This document shows, piece by piece, positions 1 to 8,581 of a stretch of DNA of 64,000 bases (the stretch's first letter is position 1; each line of letters opens with the position of its first letter). The notes beneath the pieces are model-generated. The model searched no databases, was not told the DNA's origin, and was given only the letters and a program-made list of their open reading frames with translations. A program made the position numbers and the translations under genes. Source of the DNA: Zancudomyces culisetae HAW-14-8 (lineage: Eukaryota; Fungi; Kickxellomycota). The stretch spans positions 3,038,001 through 3,102,000 of the forward strand of contig JBNJNM010000021.1 in assembly GCA_052426225.1 (NCBI GenBank). Reading direction: 5' to 3'.

Positions 1-146
1 GCACCAAAAGGGATAAACGAACTTTGGGACCGCGTACAAGACTAGTGGATTATAATATCATGTGACGAGAGTATGTCGCTAATCAGTAGTATGCCAACAA
101 GCATTAAACTGTATTGAAAGCCAGGGGTGGATTTACCAATTATTAG
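1..146 (+). pseudogene. Tc1-family transposase C-terminal fragment with premature stop (TAG 43-45) and a frameshift near 105-110
   Basis: Manual translation; the motif SMP...VLKARGGFTNY* is split over two frames. Confidence 0.8.
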
Positions 147-385
147 TATAATTACGTTTATATATTTTTTTATTTTAGCAAAATAATTGTTCAAATAAAA
201 TATTATTACAAAAGTATAACTACAGTTGATTGGCTGGTTCAAGTATTCTAAAATTTTGATAGGTAATTCATGGTATATTAATGTATAATAAATGTAATTT
301 TTTTAGTGATACGATATAATATTCGTGAGATATACTAATTTTTGAATGAACATCAAAAACATTTGAACAATTTTTTGAGTCACTG
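1..385 (+). mobile_element. Right end of a decayed Tc1/mariner DNA transposon (transposase C-terminus plus right TIR)
   Basis: 1-146 reads APKGINELWDRVQD*WIIISCDESMSLISSMPTSIK, then after a frameshift TVLKARGGFTNY*. This is the typical Tc1 DDE transposase C-terminus (W..I....LI.SMP.R...V..A.GG.T.Y). 361-385 ends in ...TTTTTTGAGTCACTG followed by TA (386-387), i.e. a CAGTG-initiated TIR plus TA target site. Confidence 0.8.
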
Positions 386-1079
386 TATGTATTCTGTATT
401 TATTATACTGTCATATAAAAAGAAATGTCTTTTAATATTATAATAATAATAAAACCACGTTCACCAAAGATTTACTAACTATTACGTGTTGGTTCTAAAT
501 AGTATTATTGTAAAAAGTTAATCGGTTTAAAAGTGTTATACTCGCAATTTTAAAATGTAGGTTAATAAATGTGAATGAATATTTTGGAAAATAATTTTTA
601 TTCTGAATAATAAGGTGTTAAGAAAAACTTTGACTATAAAACTTAAGCCTTATATATAAAACTAACTATACAAAATAATTATAACTTTAATATATAAAAA
701 TAACTATACTATATAGAAATTTAACATAATAAACCTAGAACTAAATAAACTAATATACTCCGGACTACTAGAGTATTCGAGGTGAGTTTTATTAATTGAA
801 TTAATATCTAAATTTCTATATAAGCCTTAATATATCCACAATATGACAATACCAATAATTTAATATTTCTTTTCTAAATTAACTGTGTGTTGATTAGCTA
901 ATACCATAATTATTGTGTATAATCTCGGTATCTAATAGTCAATCTATATTAATAGCTTTAGTTAAATAAGTTTTATTTCAAACTTAGTTGATAAATGTTA
1001 GGAATTGTTTTAAAATAAATTATATAAATTCATGTTTATTATAATTCTCCTTGACCAAATCAAGTAGGTTACAAAATGA

Positions 1080-1221
1080 AATTGTAACCATATACAAATT
1101 AATTAAATGTAACTAAGTACAAATTACTATAATGTAACTAAGTACAAATTACTATAATGTAACTAAGTACAAATTAATTAAATTTAACTAAGTACAAATT
1201 ATTAAATTAATCTAACCAAGT
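1080..1221. repeat. 25-bp minisatellite, ~5.5 copies (consensus AATGTAACTAAGTACAAATTACTAT)
   Basis: TAACTAAGTACAAATTA recurs at 25-bp spacing, with degenerate edge copies. Confidence 0.85.
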
Positions 1222-1388
1222 CAAGTAAAAAATGAATTTCGCGATGAAATTTGTTATAATAATATTCACAGACCATTTTAGGAAATAAGAAACCTAGAAA
1301 GAATTCCGAAACTAATAATTCAAAGAATCGTCAGAATAACATGAATGACGCAATCATTGACACACTAAACTCGCGGTAGTTAATCACA

Positions 1389-1509
1389 TGTCAGGAAACT
1401 AATTTATTTAAGTTGGGAAACTTAATGTTCCCAAGTTAGGATTCAAAGGTTATTAAATATGATTAAAAATAAATATTAAAACTTATGGGTAAATAATGCG
1501 ATTCTGACA
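1389..1509 (-). repeat. 3' LTR (121 bp)
   Basis: Identical to 6874-6994; TG...CA ends with a 6-bp terminal inverted repeat. Confidence 0.97.
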
Positions 1510-1512
1510 TTA

Positions 1513-1522
1513 TCCCCCCTTC
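1513..1522 (-). other. Polypurine tract (GAAGGGGGGA)
   Basis: Purine run on the minus strand 3 nt upstream of the 3' LTR. Confidence 0.9.
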
Positions 1523-1568
1523 AAAGAATATTTTAAATATATAAAAATAATATCTTGGACAAAAATGT

Positions 1569-1835
1569 GAGCTTATAGTCGAGTGGCTAAGGCGTCGAAC
1601 TTGTATTCTGCAGGACCCTGGTTCGATCCTTCGCTGTAAGACCGTAATTGGGAAGTAATTAGCTGTAGAGTGGATGTGATGTTTCACGGGGCCAATGTGC
1701 GCGATAACGTCCTTCGGGACTAGTACCGGACCGTTTCACCTCTCCGATAACTCCTTCGGGATCTCGAGCAGTTAATTCGAATCACGTGATCGTGTGGCCC
1801 AAGACGTTAGCGCCCTCCTAAGTTCATTATTTTTT
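1569..1835 (+). ncRNA. Putative Pol III-transcribed, tRNA-derived structured ncRNA encoded antisense inside the retrotransposon 3' region
   Basis: TATATAAA at 1538-1545 (about -31). A box TAGTCGAGTGG 1576-1586 and B box GGTTCGATCC 1620-1629 at tRNA spacing. T6 runs at 1830-1835 and 1837-1842. 5'/3' terminal stem (1569-1596 with 1803-1825). Two C(UUCG)G hairpins (1709-1720, 1752-1761). GC-richer island inside very AT-rich flanks. Confidence 0.7.
1576..1629 (+). promoter_or_regulatory. Internal RNA polymerase III type-2 promoter (A box 1576-1586, B box 1620-1629)
   Basis: Matches TRGYNNANNGG and GGTTCRANYC. The distance from T8 (1576) to T54 (1622) is 46 nt, as in tRNAs. Confidence 0.75.
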
Positions 1836-1842
1836 ATTTTTT
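1830..1842 (+). terminator. Pol III terminator (two T6 runs)
   Basis: First run of 5 or more T downstream of the A/B boxes; it falls 4 nt after the terminal stem closes. Confidence 0.6.
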
Positions 1843-1949
1843 CTTTTATAATTTTTTATGCTTTTTAGTTGTTTTTAGGTTGTTTTTATAGTTTTTTTGA
1901 TAAGTATTTAGGTATAATATTGGTTAAATAATAAAATATAATGTTGCTC

Positions 1950-4900
1950 TTATGGTTTGTTGTGATATGTCTTATAGTATTTTTTCAATAGTTGTGGCGC
2001 GTTTATGTTTTCAATCGGCTCCCAGCTTCTTTCACTTATGTCAAAGCCTTTCCAATCAACTAAGTAATATTTTTTACCCCGTACAAGCTTAGAATCCAAA
2101 ATAGCCTTAACTTCATATTCTTTATTTCCATTTACAATTAGAGGTGGTGGCAGACTGTTTATTAATCTGCGGTTACTGCTGGGTTCGATATACGGTTCCA
2201 ATAACGAGACATGAAAAGTGTTATGGATTTTCATTGATGGCGGGAGGTCTAAACGGACAGAAACAGGATTGATGATTTTTGAAATAGTGAATGGGCCTAG
2301 AAGTCTATGGTCAAGCTTTTTAGAAGGCCTTTGAGTTTTGATATTTTGGCTGGATAGCCAAACCTTGTCACCTAGTTTATACTTTGGATGTTCAGATCGG
2401 TTTACATCAGCATACTTTTTATATTCCTGAGATTTCTTGTTAAGTATGGAAGTGAGGGCTGATTGAAGTTCTTTGAGTTGTTTTATCCTATCAGAAGCGC
2501 TGGGAACTTGAACATTTTTAGTGATTTGAGGATCAAATCTTGGATGGTAACCATATAGAGCAAAGAAAGGAGAAGTATTAGTGCTGGAGTGGAGAGTGTT
2601 GTTATAAGCAAATTCGGCAATTGGGAGCAGTTCAAACCAATTATCTTGCTGATAGTTGATGAAACAGCGTAGATACTGTTCCAATGTTTGATTCACCCGC
2701 TCCGTTTGACCGTCTGTCTCTGGATGGAAGGCTGTAGACATTCTAGTATCAACTTTGAGCAGTTTGAATAGTGAACTCCAAAATTTGGACGAGAATTGGG
2801 TTCCACGGTCAGAGATTATGGCGTCTGGTAGTCCATGAAGCTTGAATACGTGGGTAAAGAAGGCGGAGGCAGTTTCTTCTGAGGATGGCAGCTTCTTAAG
2901 CGGGACGAAATGGCTCATTTTAGTGAACCTGTCTACAACTACCATAATAGTAGTGTGCTTGTTGGATGGAGGAAGATCAGTTATGAAATCCATGGTAATA
3001 GATTTCCATGGGCCTGAAGGAGCGGGTAGCGGAAGTAGTTTACCGTAAACTTTGTGTCTTCTGTCCTTTGATCTATTGCATGTATCACAGGTTTGAACAA
3101 ACTCTTTAATAAATTTGCGCATTCCTGGAAACCAAAAGTCTCGTTCCACGAGCTCCAATGTCTTCTTAGCACCAAAATGGCCGGCTGGGCCACTGTCATG
3201 TCTAGAACTTACGACTTGCGGCTTCATTTTGTCGGGGACGACAACACGGTTTCCAAGCATTACAATCCCATCTTCAACTTCTACTGGCTCGTTAGACTTA
3301 TGGCTGCTCTGGTATCTTGCGGCATCCAATAATCCTTGTAGATGGGCTTTGCTGGATTTGGCGATTTCTTGAGCAAAATCACTGTCCACTATGCTGATAA
3401 TGTCTATGAAGTGGTCTTCGCCTATGATGTTGTTGTTGGCGACCTTATCAGGTGTGTGATTGGGCAAACGAGAAAGAGCGTCAGGTTTGCCTCCTTGAGA
3501 TCCAGGCCTGTAGGTTATGATGAAGCTGAATCTACTGAGATCAAGAGACCACCTTGCGTGTCTTCTGTTGAGTGACTTCAGATTTTTAAAGGTCTCCAGA
3601 TTCTTATGGTCAGTAAGAATCTTGAACGGGATGGAGGAGCCTTCCAGATGATGTCGCCATTCTTTGAGAGCCTTGATGATTGCCAAAAGTTCCTTGTCAT
3701 AGATATTATAGTTGGATTCGGCAGTGTTGAGTTTGTAAGAGTAGTAGGCACAAGGACGGAGATCACCGTTTTCATCTTCTTGGGACAGAGCAGCCCCAAT
3801 GGCGTAGTCTGAGGCGTCAGTTTCCAGAATAAACTGTTTTCCTGGGTCAGGGTATCTGAGAACGGGGGAAGTGGTGAGATCCTGGATAAGAGTATTAAAG
3901 GCTTCACCTGCCTCCTTACTCCAAACGAACGGTGTATCCTTTTTCAGAAGTCTTGTGATTGGCAGGGCTTTCAGCGAGAAGTATGGGATAAACTTTCGGT
4001 AGTAATTGGCAAAACCGAGAAACTTCTGGACCTCCTTGACATTGGTGGGTGGTAGCCATTCCTTTACACACTTGACTTTAGCAGGATCGGTGGCTATTCC
4101 ATCTGAAGACACAACATGGCCTAGAAATTCAACTTCCCTGATATGGAAGTGACATTTTTCGGCGTTACAGTACAGACCATTTTCAAGCAGCTTTTTCAGA
4201 ACAGATTTCACGTGAGAGATGTGAGTGTCAGTGTCATTGGAAAATATCAAGATGTCGTCAAGGTATGCAATTGCATAGAGATCCAATACATCTCGTAACA
4301 CATCATTGATAAAGTGCTGAAAGGTGGCAGGAGCATTTGTCAAGCCAAATGGCATGACCTGGTACTCAAAGTGGCCATATCTGCACCTAAATGCAGTTTT
4401 CCACTCGTCACCTTCCTTGATCCGCACCAAGTTGTAGGCACCTTTGAGATCCAATTTTGTAAAGACCTTGGCTGTACGCAGCCGATCGAACGCCTCATCA
4501 ATCCTAGGTAATGGGTACCTATTCTTGATGGTAGCTTCGTTCAATCGGCGGTAGTCAACACAAAGGCGCAAGTCTCCAGACTTCTTCTTTACAAACATGA
4601 TTGGTGCACCGGCAGGGGAAACAGAGCGTCTGATGAAGCCATTGGTGAGGTTTTCACGAATGTAGCCTCTTAGAGACTCTAACTCTACTTCAGATAGCGG
4701 GTATATTGGCCCCCAGTATGGGGTGTAACCCTCTTTGGTGTTGACAGGACAGTCATAACGGCGGTGAGGAGGAAGTGAAACGGCAGACTTGGGATTGAAC
4801 ACCTCCTTGAATTCAGAGTATATTACTGGAAGTTGCGGAAATTCTTCCAAGTACTCTAGCGGGGACTCAGAAACGGCAAAAGTTACAGGATCTGGATCCA

Positions 4901-5905
4901 AGGAATATTCTGGCTCGGGGGTGGTGACTGGGGTATTTTTATGAAATGGCCGGGATCTGACGACTGGTTCTCTTGGCTCAATTTTCTTCAGGATTGCTTT
5001 GGGAAGTTCAGGTCTGAGTGGTACTTTTGAAACAGGGGTTACTGGACGACGGGGCTCAGGAATTTGCTTGATAACATGGTTATCTACTGGATTCTCAATA
5101 TCTGCGGGTTTGGGCAAGCTTTGGGTTTCAGGTTCTGGAGTGACTGATTGGACTGGTGCAGGAACAGGAACAGGAACAGGAAGAATCTCTTCAATTCTGG
5201 CGTATGGATTTGACGGAGCTGGGCTGGGGAGATCAGGAGACGGAGGCGGTGAAAATCTTTGATTTTCAGTGTTTGAATTGTCCAACTTGACTGATTCGAG
5301 CAACTTGGCACTGTGTGGAAGCAGGGTAGTTGATAATCTATTCAACACCCTTTGGAGGATGGTTGAGTTTGTGGACGTATTCTGACTGGTATTTTGTTCT
5401 ACTGGATCTGGATCTGGTTCATCAGGTGACTTGAACACGGCCTGGATGGAGTGGGTATCAACACAATTTGTACTGCAAAAGTCAGAGTCAAAGTGGATCT
5501 GGAGGTCTGGCCAAGTTATACTAGGATTGTGTTTGCGTAACCAGGGTAATCCAAAAATAATGTCAGCGTGATTGGTTGGAATCGGGATAAGGTCTAGGTG
5601 TTCAGAGTGGTTAGGACCGGACTTGATATGGGCATTATCAACCTTGACATTTATGCCCCCTGGGTATATCTGGTGACCATCAACACTTTCTAGGACGATG
5701 GTTTTTTCAGCTTCTTTGGTTGGGAGGTTTAGTTTTTCTAATAAATCTTGACGAATAAAGTTGGATGAAGCACCGGAGTCCACTAATGCAACAAGTTCGT
5801 ATAGATTATTTAAAACAACTTTAATATGAAATTTATTACTAGAAATATTAGAATTATTTGCTACGCTCAGGAGTAACTCCCGGACTACATCTGAGCACTG
5901 TCTTT
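1950..5905 (-). CDS. pol: Pol polyprotein (aspartic protease, RT, RNase H, integrase, chromodomain), expressed by -1 frameshift from gag
   Basis: ALVDSGAS (PR), YLDD (RT), ETDASDYAIG (RNase H), H-x6-H...CDTC plus MDF/SDRG/GQTE (IN), GPF motif, EYEVKAILDS...YLVDWKGF...WEP (chromodomain). The frame stays open upstream of 5783 through the gag stop. Confidence 0.95.
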
Positions 5906-6838
5906 TGGCACCCCAGGTATAGGGGGTCTTGGCCTGCGGAGCGGACAGTTACGGAGAATGTGGTTCGGCTGACCACAGTATAGACAAAGATTATTGGCTA
6001 ATCTTCTCTGGCGTTCGGCTGTATCTAGCGGTGCTCTTGGACGGGAGGTGACGGCATCAACGTCCATTGGTTCAGGAGCCTGGTGATCTGGGACAGGCAT
6101 GGCTGGACGGGGGAAAACCGGTGGAGCCGGAGTACTCCAGTTGCGGAATGGGACGCTTCTCTTGGGCAGGTAGGCACTGCGGGCATTGATTCTGTTCTCA
6201 AGCTCAATCACCTGATCAATGAGCTGATCCAAGGTGTTTGGTAGCGGTTCAGTGGCAAGGCGCTGGACAAGGCTAGTATCCAATCCGATGTAAAACAGGT
6301 GGATTTTGGCTGGCTCGTTGAATCCACTGAGAGAGGCAAGGTTTCTGAACTCGGTTGCAAATTCCAGGACGGAACGCTGGGACTGGCGGCAACTATGAAG
6401 CTGGATGATAGCTCGGGCTTGGTGGCCAGGGTCTGAGAATCTCTTTTGAAATTCATTCTCAAACCCTTTGAAGTCGGAGAGCAACGGTGATTGGGTATCG
6501 ATAAGGTTATCGAACCACAGGGCAGCATGACCGGCAAGGTGAGAACTGATGAACCATATCTTGTTATGGTCACTCTGGAACACGTCTGGTCTGGCCCAGA
6601 ACTGGCGCTTGATCTCGGCGGTGAAGGCTCGGAACCTTCCTGATTCTCCTGAGTATTTCTGGATTTCTGGTATTCTGATACCATCAATCCTTGGCTGCGG
6701 ATTTGGTGCAGGCAAATTCTGCAACTGACTGGGGACTTGGGCGGGTGTCTGGGCTTGAGCCTGGGCTTGAGCTTGACTTTCTTGCAAAGCTTGTTGCATA
6801 GCTAATTTTGCGATCTCATCTAATTGGTGGACCATCAT
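5885..6838 (-). CDS. gag: Gag (capsid plus CCHC zinc knuckle)
   Basis: Retrotrans_gag-like core (AALWF...F..RF...Q...SV.EF..EF), EPMDVD motif and CLYCGQPNHILRNC knuckle. First ATG at 6838 (the track starts at TTG 6853). Confidence 0.93.
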   Translation of the reverse strand: MMVHQLDEIAKLAMQQALQESQAQAQAQAQTPAQVPSQLQNLPAPNPQPRIDGIRIPEIQKYSGESGRFRAFTAEIKRQFWARPDVFQSDHNKIWFISSHLAGHAALWFDNLIDTQSPLLSDFKGFENEFQKRFSDPGHQARAIIQLHSCRQSQRSVLEFATEFRNLASLSGFNEPAKIHLFYIGLDTSLVQRLATEPLPNTLDQLIDQVIELENRINARSAYLPKRSVPFRNWSTPAPPVFPRPAMPVPDHQAPEPMDVDAVTSRPRAPLDTAERQRRLANNLCLYCGQPNHILRNCPLRRPRPPIPGVPKDSAQM

Positions 6839-6860
6839 TAACTCTTCAACCAATAATTAG

Positions 6861-6871
6861 AAGTTTCCCAA
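6861..6871 (-). other. Primer-binding site TTGGGAAACTT (self-priming type)
   Basis: Begins 2 nt inside the 5' LTR boundary and is perfectly complementary to AAGTTTCCCAA within the LTR (6898-6908). Confidence 0.8.
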
Positions 6872-6873
6872 AA

Positions 6874-6994
6874 TGTCAGGAAACTAATTTATTTAAGTTG
6901 GGAAACTTAATGTTCCCAAGTTAGGATTCAAAGGTTATTAAATATGATTAAAAATAAATATTAAAACTTATGGGTAAATAATGCGATTCTGACA
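6874..6994 (-). repeat. 5' LTR (121 bp)
   Basis: Identical to 1389-1509. Confidence 0.97.
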
Positions 6995-8581
6995 TCACAT
7001 CAGTTACTCATAAGTTTAATAGTCAAATTTATAGTTTGATAGCAACTTTACTTAAGAAAATTTTATATGGAAAAAATCTCTGGAGTAAAAGTATAAAAAC
7101 CCTTTCGAAATCCATCGAAAGAGAACTTCAGAGAAAAATATCTTATTCACTATTGAATACCATATTTTTCTAAATAATTAATAGTAATAAATAATTTAAT
7201 CTTAAAATATTCAAGTCTTAACAATAAAGGACTACACATCTTTTTCTTGGTCAATTAAGTTTGTCAATCTCGTTTATCAACTATAAAGATGTATTTAGTT
7301 TTTAATTTTATTTCTGTGTGTATAATATATATATTTTTAATAAGTTTTTTTAATTTACAGTCGTTAATTACTTGTCAACATTTTTGAGTATAGTATTGAA
7401 ATCTAACTGAGTGGCAATACTTTACATATTTTGACTTACCTCTGTTTCATTTTACTTTATTATTTTATATTAATATTAGCTATACTTATAGTAAGGATAG
7501 ATGTTATTTAATAGCGGTATTATAGAGTTTTGTAAACGTTCTTAATCTAGATTATCATGAAAACACAAGTTTATTAGTATTAAAAGTTTAAAAGGTAAAT
7601 TATAAATTGTCAAAACCAATAAACCAAACACAGGGTGCAAAATTCTTAACTCAACCACATTTGCAGAGCGACTAACGACTGGGTTTTGGTGCTTGAGTGA
7701 ATTTTTTACTAACATTACTAACTTCACAAGTACTGTGATTTTGTGACTTACAAATTGAAACTTGAATATATGTGCTAAATCAACCTTTTCTTAAAATAAA
7801 TACATGGTATTCCTGTCTTTCGCATCTTCAACTCGACTGATTTTTCATCAGTTTTTACTTACTATTTACTTTTTTTGTCTACAAGCTATCGATTTAAATT
7901 TTTAGTATCCATTATTAAATTGAATTTAACACAAGCAGTTGTTAATTATGGATAACCATATATATTGTGATTATAATACGCTTTTAATTTGCGGTATTCA
8001 GAATTAAATTTAATTATATTTACAACAGGATTAAACAAAGTTTGTTGTGCCAAAGAATATGTAAAGTGACTTGCCATGCATAACTTGCTGGTCATCACAA
8101 TAAATCTCTTGGTCAATCCCGCCCTACTACCTTTTAGTATTTTGGTATTCCATATATGCGAAGCCGTTTTATTTGTTTTCTGGAAATCGGTGCCCTTGAA
8201 ATATATTAACACACAAGGTTGGTGAAGGGTTCAAATATGATCAATGTATTTCCTTAAGTGAGGGTCAATATGAATAATTTAATATATCATTGTGAGATTT
8301 TTATATTATTGGAAAAAAGAATAAACTATAAAAGAGAAACAATCTGGACACCTTAATATAAATATTTTACTTCTACCACCTGATTTTCATGAAAGTAGGG
8401 TATAAATATTTTAACAACAGGGCTATGATGCTAATCCTATATTATTAACATCGTTTTACAAAAACATGTCTATTATCAACCCATTTTACTTTTAGAAAAG
8501 TATACAAAACAACCACTTCATTTGAAATTACAAGAAAACTAATATTTTCCCTCTTTAAACTCACAACACAAACAAGAATAG

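Larger units (their letters stand above)
1389..6994 (-). mobile_element. Full-length Ty3/gypsy LTR retrotransposon, chromovirus (Tf1/sushi-like), 5606 bp
   Basis: Two identical 121-bp LTRs (TGTCAG...CTGACA); 5-bp TSD TCACA at 1384-1388 and 6995-6999; gag then PR-RT-RNaseH-IN-chromodomain order; PBS and PPT present. Confidence 0.98.

Noticed and set aside
1080-1221. CRISPR-like array
   Set aside because: Contiguous tandem units with no unique spacers, eukaryotic context and no cas genes.
1569-1641. Functional tRNA gene (Thr-TGT-like loop CTTGTAT)
   Set aside because: The acceptor 1-7/66-72, anticodon and T stems do not pair canonically; only the promoter boxes and D arm survive.
1819-1826. 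ncRNA 3' end plus CCA acting as the element's own RT primer
   Set aside because: AAGUUCA-CCA matches the PBS at only 8/10 with mismatches next to the CCA, whereas the LTR-derived self-primer matches 11/11.
1640-1830. Hammerhead or HDV-like ribozyme in the cassette
   Set aside because: No CUGANGA core on either strand despite GAAAC words on the minus strand; I could not build the HDV nested double pseudoknot by eye.
1569-1842. Ordinary SINE inserted into the retrotransposon
   Set aside because: No poly(A) or simple-repeat tail on the transcribed strand and no flanking TSD seen. Disfavoured but not excluded without a genome search.
7542-8212. Short minus-strand ORFs after the 5' LTR
   Set aside because: No recognisable motifs; probably decayed sequence.
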